This document shows, in pieces, positions 55,652 through 64,000 of a stretch of DNA of 64,000 bases (its first letter is position 1; each line of letters begins with the position of its first letter). The translations under genes were made by a program, and so were the position numbers. The stretch covers positions 157,422-221,421 of the forward strand of contig CAZGFX010000002.1 of NCBI GenBank assembly GCA_964524845.1, given 5' to 3'. Under the pieces are notes generated by a model that saw only the letters and a list, made by a program, of their open reading frames with translations, did not search any database and was not told the origin of the DNA. This stretch comes from an uncultured Gammaproteobacteria bacterium. GTDB taxonomy: Bacteria; Patescibacteriota; Patescibacteriia; CAZGFX01.

Positions 55652-58600
55652 TCAATTTGCGATAACGCTGACCACCATCGGGAGAGAATAACTACCAGCA
55701 CCCTGACTACTTGGGACTGTTTGTGATAATGTTGCTCCGGTTATATCCCAATAACATTCTGTTTGCGATAATGTGTTTGTTGAAAGAAGAGTAATAGAAT
55801 CAGTTACACCTTGATTAAATGCGGATGAGCCACCAACAGAAAGACCTATGCGTGTACATCCTGATTCAGGCGTAATTGTTATTACCGATGGATTGATTGT
55901 TAATTGTCCTCCAACACTATCTACATCTCCTCCGTCTGCGCACCCAACAGGAATACCGTTTGGATCATTAAAATCATATGCACTTCCTCCGGCCTGCCAC
56001 GTTGCTACCGCACCACCTGAAGGAGCTATCGAAAGTGTCCACCGATTGTTTCTGGTTGCATTCGATACACGTATCTTCTCAGCACTTACACCAAGTGTAC
56101 CTGTGGTTGTTTGACATTGAAATTGAGTAGTAAGCGCTGAAAAACCGACTGACGGTGATCCCACGCTTACACCTCCTGCATCAACTATATCAACTGACAA
56201 TATTCCAGCATCTTTTTTTGCCCACCTCACACTCATCATAGCAAAATCCCAATCCCTTGTTCCAGGATTTACAGCAGTACCAGCAGAAGTACGCATGCGC
56301 ATGTTCATATTGTTTGTGGATGTATTCACATTATCATCTGGCGATGTCTGATACTCCGAGTAAACCCAACTATCGCTCCACGAATATGTTGTTGCAGCGT
56401 TAGTGTCTGTACTTGGTGTATTCACCCATCCACTAGTTCCTGCAACTCCACTATAATCACGAATCTGCGGATCCATGGTTTGAGCGGCATTATTTGATCT
56501 ATATTTTGCCGCATAATGAACTCCTGTAATAGACGTATTTGCTCCAACCGACACAGGAAATGACATGTTTTGAGATGCTGCATATTCAGCTCCGGTTCCA
56601 TCTGCATCGTTATCCTGAGGATACCACGTTGTAGGAGTATATTCTGTTACAGCCGTTGCTTGCCAAGTACTTGTTGCTGGCGTTGCTGTTTTTCCTTCCC
56701 TTGTGTCACGAGTATTCACACAATTTGTCGCTGTTCCTGTTCCCCAAGATATTTCACATTGTGATGAGTCTGTATTAACAGATCCGAGCATCATATAAAT
56801 TCGATCAAACTGCATATTATAAACTGTTCCGGGAGAATTGGTTAAAAAACGAATCCAAATCTCACCTGTTCCGGATATATAATCGGAAAGAGTAAATCCC
56901 GGTATGGTAGTGCTATTAAACGCATATCCATACTCAGTATCAGTCGCGCACGCGGATCCAGTTACACTTCCTCCGAGTTGAGTCCATGTTCCGTTTGAAA
57001 ATCTTCTCGCATATACACCGAATGTAAGTGCTGTATTTGAAACACAAATTTCAGGCGAGACCAGAATTGTGTTCATTGTTGAATACGAATTTATATTTTT
57101 AAATATATAATAAAAATCAACAGCTTGTGATATGGCCGGCATAGGAATTGTAATCTTGTTGCCATCACTTGCTGTTAAATTCGTTGAAACAGCTCCAACA
57201 AGATCGGATATGTAATTTGTTGTTGTTCCAGCGCTTGTAATTGTCATGTTTGCCGGTTCATAAACAGGATCGACAGCAACTTCGACTCTTGCAACATCTA
57301 GTCTGTGCTGAACTGTGGATGCGACAGTCGAGTATGTACGAATAAGAACTCTGTTATTACTTCCGGTATTAATAAAATTTGTAAGTAGTGTACTTATTGG
57401 ACTTCCGGGGGTTGTGACGCGTGTTGAAAAATATCCATCATATATTTCATAGTTTCTTGATGTGTCTGCTGTGTTCGTATATGTTGTTTTTCTTGGATGA
57501 AGTGTTCTCCATCCTCCTCCTGTACACTGAGCATCAGCTGCATTATCAACACTTGTTGTTGATGTCCAGTCACATATCTGATGAATATATGCGTTTCCTG
57601 TTGTTATGTTCGTGTCCTCTATTGTTATAATCATCTTGTTCGCACCATATAACTCTACATTATCAAAATAAACCTGTTTATTCAGTCCTCCTGGATTTGC
57701 ACGAGCAGTAGTCCAATATATATCATCCGATCCGAAAGAACCTCTATATGAACGAACATTTGAAACGCTAGATGCGACCTCAGATCCTGTAACAAGCTGG
57801 CCACCTGTAACTGGATACTGAGCGATCAAAGTACGACGATTAGTCTCTTCTATCCATCTCACGCTCATCATTGCAAAATCCCAATCTCTTGTTCCAGGAT
57901 TTGTCGTGGTGCCAGCAGAAGTACGCATACGCATATTCATATTGTTTGTGGATGTATTCACATTATCATCAGGAGATGTCTGATATTCGGCATTCACCCA
58001 ACTATCACTCCAAGAGTATGTTGTTGCGGCGTTAGTGTCGGTACTTGGTGTATTTATCCATCCGCTGGTTCCTGCAATTCCGCTATAATCACGAATCTGT
58101 GGATCCATGGTTTGAGTAGCATTATTTGATCTATATTTTGCCGCATAATGTATTGCCGTCACAGACGTAAGTGGACTTACTGTTATTGGAAATGACTCGT
58201 TTTGAGATGTTGCATATTCAGCTCCAATTCCATCTGCATCGTTATCCTGAGGATACCATGCTGTAGGAGTATATTCTGTTACTGCTGTTGCTTGCCATGT
58301 TGTTGTTGCCGGCGTTGCTGTTTTCCCTTCTCTTGTATCACGAGTATTCACACAATTTGTCGCCGTACCTGTTCCCCAAGATATTTCACATTGTGATGAG
58401 TCTGTATTAACAGATCCGAGCATCATATAAACACGATCAAACTGCATATTGTAAACTGTTCCAGGGGTGTTGGTAGCGAATCTTATCCGTGCTTCTCCAC
58501 TGTTTGATATATGATCAGCAAAATTAAAACTAGGGATCGTAGTACTATTAAAAGCATATCCGTATTCGGTGTCAGTCGCACACACTGATCCGGTTACGCT

Positions 58601-59629
58601 TCCTCCGAGTTGAGTCCATGAACTGGAATTAAAATTATATGCATATATTCCAAAGGTCAGAGCTGCATTTGAAACACAAACCTCCGGAGAAACTAGGATT
58701 GTATTCATTCCTTTGTATGCTTTTATATTTGAAAATGAAAAATATATGTCCGCCGCCTGTGATATAGCCGGCATAGGCACGGTCATCTTCGTATCATCAC
58801 TTGCCGTAAGGTTTGTCGACACGGCCCCAACAAGATCGGATATGTAATTTGTTGTTGTTCCAGCGCTTGTAATTGTCATGTTTGCTGGTTCATATACAGG
58901 ATCGACAGCAACCTCTACTCTTGCTACATCTAAATGATGTTGATAATTAGATGTTATTGTAGAATATACACGAATAAGAATTCTATTATTATTACTTGTG
59001 TTTATGAAGTTTGTTAAGGGTGTACTTATAGGACTTCCGGGAGTTGTGACGCGAGTTGAAAAATATCCGTCATATATTTCATAATTTCTTGATGTATCCG
59101 CTGTATTCGTATATGTGGTTTTTCTTGGATGAAGTGTTCTCCACCCTCCTCCTGTACACTGTGTGTCGGCTATATTATCAACTCCTGTAGTAGAAACCCA
59201 ATCACACACTTGATGTGTATATGAAGCAGCTGATATCCTGTCTTCTATTGTTATAATCATCTTGTTCGCACCATATAGCTCTACATTATCAAAATAAACT
59301 TGTTTATCTGTTCCTCCTGGATTTGTTCGTGTGGTTGACCATAATATATCATCCGAACCAAAAGCACCACGATACGAACGAACATTTGTCGCACTTGATG
59401 CATTCTCTGTTCCAACAACAAGCTGGCCACCTGTAGGAGTAAACTCATATATCGCCTTTGCACTAGGAACTCCGTCATTATTTAAAATATTAGAATAAGT
59501 ATTATTATAAAAATTATTATCAAAAGACTTTGGAATAATATTACTTCCATTCAATAAAAATACTCCCGCAAGCACGAATATTGCGATAATGCGTCTAAAA
59601 AACAAAATATATTTTGTGTTTATTTTCAT
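55652..59629 (-). CDS. large (about 1325 aa) secreted Thr/Asn/Ser-rich surface protein with an about 1.63-kb tandem intragenic duplication and a C-terminal WxL-like domain
   Basis: Start at MKINTKYILFF (signal); two about 544-aa near-identical halves (antisense ORFs 56570-56764 and 58202-58396 are near copies, offset 1632 nt); C-terminal about 200 aa ...NNRWTLSIAPSGG...SQTVPSSQGAGSYSLPMVVSVIAN homologous to the whole 62525-63229 protein. Confidence 0.7.
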   Translation of the reverse strand: MKINTKYILFFRRIIAIFVLAGVFLLNGSNIIPKSFDNNFYNNTYSNILNNDGVPSAKAIYEFTPTGGQLVVGTENASSATNVRSYRGAFGSDDILWSTTRTNPGGTDKQVYFDNVELYGANKMIITIEDRISAASYTHQVCDWVSTTGVDNIADTQCTGGGWRTLHPRKTTYTNTADTSRNYEIYDGYFSTRVTTPGSPISTPLTNFINTSNNNRILIRVYSTITSNYQHHLDVARVEVAVDPVYEPANMTITSAGTTTNYISDLVGAVSTNLTASDDTKMTVPMPAISQAADIYFSFSNIKAYKGMNTILVSPEVCVSNAALTFGIYAYNFNSSSWTQLGGSVTGSVCATDTEYGYAFNSTTIPSFNFADHISNSGEARIRFATNTPGTVYNMQFDRVYMMLGSVNTDSSQCEISWGTGTATNCVNTRDTREGKTATPATTTWQATAVTEYTPTAWYPQDNDADGIGAEYATSQNESFPITVSPLTSVTAIHYAAKYRSNNATQTMDPQIRDYSGIAGTSGWINTPSTDTNAATTYSWSDSWVNAEYQTSPDDNVNTSTNNMNMRMRTSAGTTTNPGTRDWDFAMMSVRWIEETNRRTLIAQYPVTGGQLVTGSEVASSVSNVRSYRGSFGSDDIYWTTARANPGGLNKQVYFDNVELYGANKMIITIEDTNITTGNAYIHQICDWTSTTSVDNAADAQCTGGGWRTLHPRKTTYTNTADTSRNYEIYDGYFSTRVTTPGSPISTLLTNFINTGSNNRVLIRTYSTVASTVQHRLDVARVEVAVDPVYEPANMTITSAGTTTNYISDLVGAVSTNLTASDGNKITIPMPAISQAVDFYYIFKNINSYSTMNTILVSPEICVSNTALTFGVYARRFSNGTWTQLGGSVTGSACATDTEYGYAFNSTTIPGFTLSDYISGTGEIWIRFLTNSPGTVYNMQFDRIYMMLGSVNTDSSQCEISWGTGTATNCVNTRDTREGKTATPATSTWQATAVTEYTPTTWYPQDNDADGTGAEYAASQNMSFPVSVGANTSITGVHYAAKYRSNNAAQTMDPQIRDYSGVAGTSGWVNTPSTDTNAATTYSWSDSWVYSEYQTSPDDNVNTSTNNMNMRMRTSAGTAVNPGTRDWDFAMMSVRWAKKDAGILSVDIVDAGGVSVGSPSVGFSALTTQFQCQTTTGTLGVSAEKIRVSNATRNNRWTLSIAPSGGAVATWQAGGSAYDFNDPNGIPVGCADGGDVDSVGGQLTINPSVITITPESGCTRIGLSVGGSSAFNQGVTDSITLLSTNTLSQTECYWDITGATLSQTVPSSQGAGSYSLPMVVSVIAN

Positions 59630-59657
59630 CTTTTCAGTATGTAAAAAAGTGCAATTT

Positions 59658-61247
59658 TTATTCAATTATCATTTCTTTCTCTATGGTTGGAATTGTTTCA
59701 ATTCTTAATGATTTCTCATCTGTAAAAAACCGATAATCTGTTTCATTGATTGTGAAATTATTTCGTTCGATATCAGATTCGATGGTCTGTGAAATAATTG
59801 TGTTTGTAAGAAAATTAAATACGACAATTGATCCTTTATCGGGGCCTACCCAAAAAAGCATGTCATCAATATTCTGATAAGGTATATCGAAATTCATTGT
59901 TTCTTCATCTGCGACTTTTTGCCATTGTGTCTCATCGGTTTGTGTGTCAGCGCGCCACATCTCTTTTTTTCCTTCTGCAGTTTCAAGTGTGTAAATTTCT
60001 CGTCCATCATCAGTATTTTTTATATCAACAACATTATAAAAAGACATATCTATTCCAGGTGTGATGTCTCCGTCAAATTCTTCATATTCCACATCAATCT
60101 GTATTCCATCAACAACTAGCTCCATCCCGCGCTCAAGTGCTTTATCTGAAATAACAAATGAAACACTTAGTCTTTTCATATCCCAAAATGTTTTCAACGG
60201 AAGAATGAAATCGCTATCAAGAACACCGCCTTTTTCATATACTGGACCAAGCTCTATATCTGTTTTACCATCAAAAGAATAATACAAGAATGCCATTTCC
60301 ATATTTTCTTTTTCCAAAACATCTTCTTCTTTTTTATCTTGATTAAGTTCTAATAATTGATCCGATTCGTTTGGCACAATAATTGACTGTTCTTGATTTT
60401 CTTTATTTACATCAATATTCGGTGTATCAATTATTTCTTCATTCATTACTTGAGATTCGTCTGATTTTGTATTTGGTGTTTCATCGGTTTGTACATCTGA
60501 TTCCACTGCTGGAGCAATGTTTTCTTTTGGTTGTTCATCAAATAAAAGTGGTGTTGCGTTTATATCAGAATCGGCCTGAGTCGGCTCTTCCAAAATAAGT
60601 GTTTCCGATTCTTTGTTTTGGTCATCCACAACAAAAACACCACCATATGATGATTTACCAGCGATCATTTGTTCGCCTTGTTGAGAAATTGGTTCGTTTG
60701 ACTCAGAAACAGGCGGTGTATCTGCCGGTTTTTCAGTCTGATCGACTGATGTGGGTGTTTCTTTCTCATCAACGGTTGGTGCTAACTCTGTTGCTGTAGG
60801 AATATCCGATATTATTTCTGTTTCTTGAACAGGTTCTATTGCGCCTTGTTTTTCTTTTTCAGCTTCTTGTTCTGTTGCATCTGAATTATAAGATTGGTCA
60901 GTGACGTCTTGAATTGTTTTTTCTTCTGTTTCAGAAATTGTTTCAGAGGCGCGAGTTTTCCAATTAATATGCAGAGATGCTTTTTTAATAATTCCTCTTG
61001 GGACAATCCCTGTAAAAGAAGTGCACACTACACGAGATGATGGCACTTCTTTTTTAATTGTAGTATCTTCATCATTGTTATTTTCCTGTCTCAAAACATC
61101 AACATTTTCTTTAATAATATTAACTGTGGAACAAACAAGTGGACGGAACGACGACGTTGTCACATTTTCAGGAACAATATCAAGAGACCCCCACACAGCC
61201 CCACCTATACAAACAAGTAGCACAACAACAATACCGATGAGTTTCAT
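59658..61247 (-). CDS. membrane-anchored highly acidic low-complexity protein (start at MKLIGIVVV)
   Basis: N-terminal TM, then E/D/T/Q-rich disordered region and a C-terminal globular part; no named motif. Confidence 0.45.
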   Translation of the reverse strand: MKLIGIVVVLLVCIGGAVWGSLDIVPENVTTSSFRPLVCSTVNIIKENVDVLRQENNNDEDTTIKKEVPSSRVVCTSFTGIVPRGIIKKASLHINWKTRASETISETEEKTIQDVTDQSYNSDATEQEAEKEKQGAIEPVQETEIISDIPTATELAPTVDEKETPTSVDQTEKPADTPPVSESNEPISQQGEQMIAGKSSYGGVFVVDDQNKESETLILEEPTQADSDINATPLLFDEQPKENIAPAVESDVQTDETPNTKSDESQVMNEEIIDTPNIDVNKENQEQSIIVPNESDQLLELNQDKKEEDVLEKENMEMAFLYYSFDGKTDIELGPVYEKGGVLDSDFILPLKTFWDMKRLSVSFVISDKALERGMELVVDGIQIDVEYEEFDGDITPGIDMSFYNVVDIKNTDDGREIYTLETAEGKKEMWRADTQTDETQWQKVADEETMNFDIPYQNIDDMLFWVGPDKGSIVVFNFLTNTIISQTIESDIERNNFTINETDYRFFTDEKSLRIETIPTIEKEMIIE

Positions 61248-61339
61248 CGTATGAAGAGTAAAAAAATGATAAGCTGAATAATTTCGAGATTTGTAATCTC
61301 TTTTTTGCATTTGTTTTAGATATAATGCTCCATGTCAAC

Positions 61340-62488
61340 TTATGAATGAGGGGGAACTTTAATTTTTGTACCTGACAAAACAGTAAACGGTGGTCTTATA
61401 GAATTAACTTTAGCCAGAAGCCTCCACGAAACATTGTGTTTTTCTGCTATTTTCATGATGTCCTCATTTTCACAAACAATATAATCAACCCATGTTGTGT
61501 TTATCCATTTCTTGCGTTTAAAATACAATACGATAAGCGCAACAAGTACAATAATTAGAACTAGAATAATTAATTCAATAATAAGCGCCGGAAATGTAGG
61601 AAAACTAAAAAACCACTTGGAATCACCATCGATTATCTTCGATGGATTATCTGTTTTTACTCCTATACCAGCCGAATTACTTGAATCATATGCGATTGCG
61701 ACTGAGGTTTTGAAAAGACCTCCCCAAAAAGGCTTTTTGAGTTCAAAATTCCATTCTGATGTTTCTCCTCGAAGTACAGGATAATCTCCGCCGTGTGTCA
61801 TTAATAATGGACCAAAAAAATAACTGGTTGATAAATTTACTGTCGTATCAATTGAAACATTTCCATTGTTTTTTACTTGTGGTTTAAGCAAAAAGCTTCC
61901 ATCATCACGTTTCGTAATTGCAAAACCAACAATCTCAAGAGAACGTTTTATTTCTCCGGGTATTGTAATGGCGACACGAAGTCCTGTTCTAAGAGACAAG
62001 TTCATACCTGGAGTATCGGTGGTATCTTTCTTCTCTTGCATTAAAATACAACCATTATGTTCTCCTACGCTTGCGTTTCCTGGTACTGAGATAACAAATG
62101 GTATAATTTCGTTTGTTTTTGGTTCGAGTGTGACTTCTGTTTTTGAAAGACTGATCCATGCTCCAACGTCTTTCTTTTCTTCAACAAACTGTTTACAAGC
62201 GAACCCTCCTCCGGATGACGGAGTAGAATCAGCCGAGTATACGAGAATGGTTTTCTTTTCAGAGCTATTATTTACTACGACCACGCCTTCGTCTTTAGTT
62301 GAACCTGGCTCCAGTGTATGAATAAAAATATCCTCTGTACGAGAATTGTCTTGGCGCGGATACGCTGGCCGTCCTCCTATTCCGCCGTATTCAACTGCGG
62401 ATACTGGGATAGCCATAAACAGAGCAAGTGCGCACACGATTGTTGCGCACAAGCCCCGTTGTTTCTTAACCGAATTATATATCGACAC
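61340..62488 (-). CDS. cell-surface protein with signal peptide, DUF916/DUF3324-like (CscA-like) ectodomain, C-terminal TM anchor followed by a LysM motif
   Basis: 382 aa; signal MSIYNSVKKQRGLCATIVCALALFMAIPVSA; TM ALIIELIILVLIIVLVALIVLYF then KRKKW; C-terminal YIVCENEDIMKIAEKHNVSWRLLAKVNSI...GTKIKVP LysM-like. Confidence 0.45.
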   Translation of the reverse strand: MSIYNSVKKQRGLCATIVCALALFMAIPVSAVEYGGIGGRPAYPRQDNSRTEDIFIHTLEPGSTKDEGVVVVNNSSEKKTILVYSADSTPSSGGGFACKQFVEEKKDVGAWISLSKTEVTLEPKTNEIIPFVISVPGNASVGEHNGCILMQEKKDTTDTPGMNLSLRTGLRVAITIPGEIKRSLEIVGFAITKRDDGSFLLKPQVKNNGNVSIDTTVNLSTSYFFGPLLMTHGGDYPVLRGETSEWNFELKKPFWGGLFKTSVAIAYDSSNSAGIGVKTDNPSKIIDGDSKWFFSFPTFPALIIELIILVLIIVLVALIVLYFKRKKWINTTWVDYIVCENEDIMKIAEKHNVSWRLLAKVNSIRPPFTVLSGTKIKVPPHS

Positions 62489-62524
62489 AAGAATCTAAAT
62501 TAGAAACCAATTAGAAAATACTGT

Positions 62525-63229
62525 TTATGATGCAACGACGGAGAGTGTCATATTGATATCATAATCAGCAGCCGCTGGCTGTGAACCAGGAATTGTTTGT
62601 GAAACGGCAACTCCTTGAATTGTATAATCAGCAACATCGCTTGCGCTGGCAGCAGCAGTAGCGATTGTAATGCTATCAGTTGAATCTTCAACATAAGCAG
62701 CAGAACTTCCGAGAGTTACATTTGATGTGTTACATCCACCTACACATTGTCCGTTTGCTAGAGTCGCACCAGCTGGATTAACCGTCATTTGTCCACGAAT
62801 AGTGTCAGTATCTACTCCATCAGTACATCCTGATCCAGAAGAGTCATTGAAATCTAAATCGGTACCTGCGCTATCCCACATTGCTGTAGGAGCTGATGCC
62901 GCAAGAGACAATGTCCAACCAGAATCAGCAGCATCAGGATTCGCAACATATATTTGTTGTGTTCCTGTACCGAACGTACCTGTTGAACCAGGTGTCTGAC
63001 ACGCAAATGTAGCACTTACCGCAGAGAAGGCCACAGAAGGACTTCCAACACTTACATAAGATCCATTAACAATATCAGTAGATAATGTTCCTGGATTGAT
63101 CGTAAGTGTAAAATTGGACGTCGCAGAAGCGTATACATATGCTACTGTTCCAAAAGAAAGTGCAATAGCCACAAACATAGCGACACCAATGTTTGTTTTT
63201 TTCAAAATTGAATAAAAAATCTTTGACAT
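62525..63229 (-). CDS. small secreted WxL-like domain protein (CscB-like)
   Basis: 234 aa; signal peptide; SGWTLSLAAS motif; homologous over its whole length to the C-terminus of the 1337-aa protein (SVGSPSV[AG]FSA..., DSIT[IL], SQT[IV]P.SQ...[LM].[LV]SV[VI]A[SN]). Confidence 0.5.
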   Translation of the reverse strand: MSKIFYSILKKTNIGVAMFVAIALSFGTVAYVYASATSNFTLTINPGTLSTDIVNGSYVSVGSPSVAFSAVSATFACQTPGSTGTFGTGTQQIYVANPDAADSGWTLSLAASAPTAMWDSAGTDLDFNDSSGSGCTDGVDTDTIRGQMTVNPAGATLANGQCVGGCNTSNVTLGSSAAYVEDSTDSITIATAAASASDVADYTIQGVAVSQTIPGSQPAAADYDINMTLSVVAS

Positions 63230-63553
63230 ATTTTTATATTATATAACTATATAAACCTCAATATTCTTAAACCTTTTTTATAAACGAGGCTCCTTAATTA
63301 TAAACAATTTTGAAGAAAAGATAAAGAGAAAATAAAAAAAATAAGCCATAAAAATGGCTTATATAGAGGGTTGTTATAATATTTATAAATTTTATCTTCT
63401 TTTCATCGGGATATCTATTGAAATAAGGGATTTTTCATCTATTTGTATTATAATAGATTACCAGGTTTTATAACCGTTTTTTTCAGCTCTTATCGTATAT
63501 TTTCCTTGTTCTGAAGATAAAAAATATATTTTTATCCATCCAAAAACTTTTTT

Positions 63554-63588
63554 ATCAAAAAACCACTATACTTTAGTGGTTTTTTGAT
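63554..63588. terminator. 15-bp perfect-stem bidirectional terminator (ATCAAAAAACCACTA-tactt-TAGTGGTTTTTTGAT)
   Basis: Immediately downstream of the 63598 gene stop; T-runs on both sides. Confidence 0.7.
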
Positions 63589-63597
63589 AATTTTTTT

Positions 63598-64000
63598 CTA
63601 TTTTTGTGATAAAATATTGTTTGCCACCTCTCTCGTTTTTGGTCCAAAAAAACCAGTGCCTTTTTTTAATCCTGATGGAGATAATATTTGCTCAGCATAA
63701 GCCTCTTGGAAACGAATAACAGCGGCTTTAGTCAATATACCGAAAAGATCCGTTTCTAGACCTGGTGACCCAAGACCGCTATCAGCCAATTTGAATCCGT
63801 TTTCATTCAAGAATTTTTGCAATAAAATTATATCCGAATTTCTTTGACTATAACGCAAACTTTTCGTAAACAGAATCTTTTTACTTGAAACTTGTTTTAT
63901 ATCAGTTACTGGTATACTAATCTTCTTTTCTAAATCCAAAACCTGTGGAATATCTTTTATAATCTCTGGTTCGTAATAAATACTATCGCTAACAGTCTTC
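63598..64000 (-). CDS. peptidoglycan-binding-domain protein, N-terminal part beyond window edge
   Basis: Frame stays open upstream of the TTG the ORF track calls the start, through to base 64000 (...KTVSDSIYYEPEIIKDIPQVLDLEKK...); C-terminus LQKFLNENGF...AAVIRFQEAYAEQILSPSGLKKGTGFFGPKTREV resembles the PG-binding module of the 52240 gene. Confidence 0.55.
   Translation of the reverse strand, partial: KTVSDSIYYEPEIIKDIPQVLDLEKKISIPVTDIKQVSSKKILFTKSLRYSQRNSDIILLQKFLNENGFKLADSGLGSPGLETDLFGILTKAAVIRFQEAYAEQILSPSGLKKGTGFFGPKTREVANNILSQK

Noticed and set aside
63340-63365. AAGCCAT-aaaa-ATGGCTT hairpin as terminator of the 63598 gene
   Set aside because: The 15-bp perfect hairpin at 63554-63588 directly follows that gene's stop and is the better terminator; the 63340 hairpin is kept only as a member of the recurrent palindrome family.
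1-64000. CRISPR arrays, rRNA and tRNA genes
   Set aside because: No evenly spaced direct repeats with unique spacers. No 16S/23S/5S conserved blocks. No GTTCRANYC T-loop or cloverleaf candidates found in intergenic regions by eye (17291-17512, 24524-24618, 31042-32611, 63230-63597 checked). A tRNA scan would still be prudent.

Overview
This 64-kb window is a low-GC (about 34%) bacterial chromosome segment with tightly packed, mostly minus-strand housekeeping genes. These include serS, a cyclophilin gene, lysS, secA, hpf, murB, dnaX, cysS, dus, tatD, metG, rsmI, glyQS, tgt, recO and ileS. Proteins are short and spacers small, as in a reduced-genome, Patescibacteria/CPR-like lineage. That taxonomy is inference only. 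No rRNA, tRNA or CRISPR array was found.

The second third of the window (41.7-64 kb) is a cell-surface island. It holds a 3424-aa repeat-rich fibre-like giant protein, a cohesin-like/dockerin/peptidoglycan-binding gene set, a 1337-aa internally duplicated surface protein and a Csc/WxL-like cluster.

Items that stand out:
- a 1.57-kb gene-free, GC-enriched island (31.0-32.6 kb) with a near-consensus promoter, two strong intrinsic terminators and four Shine-Dalgarno-preceded micro-ORFs, matching no RNA family I can recognise;
- a GC-rich (45-50%) FadL/PorV-family outer-membrane beta-barrel gene insulated by terminators;
- a subtilisin with a type IX secretion C-terminal sorting domain;
- a 23-bp perfect inverted repeat enclosing 135 nt upstream of tgt;
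- an AAAAGTC heptad array abutting the recO start;
- a VirD4/TraG-like ATPase pair;
- an alpha/beta hydrolase with a Ser-to-Gly nucleophile substitution;
- an orphan RelE/ParE-like gene fused to the cysS start.
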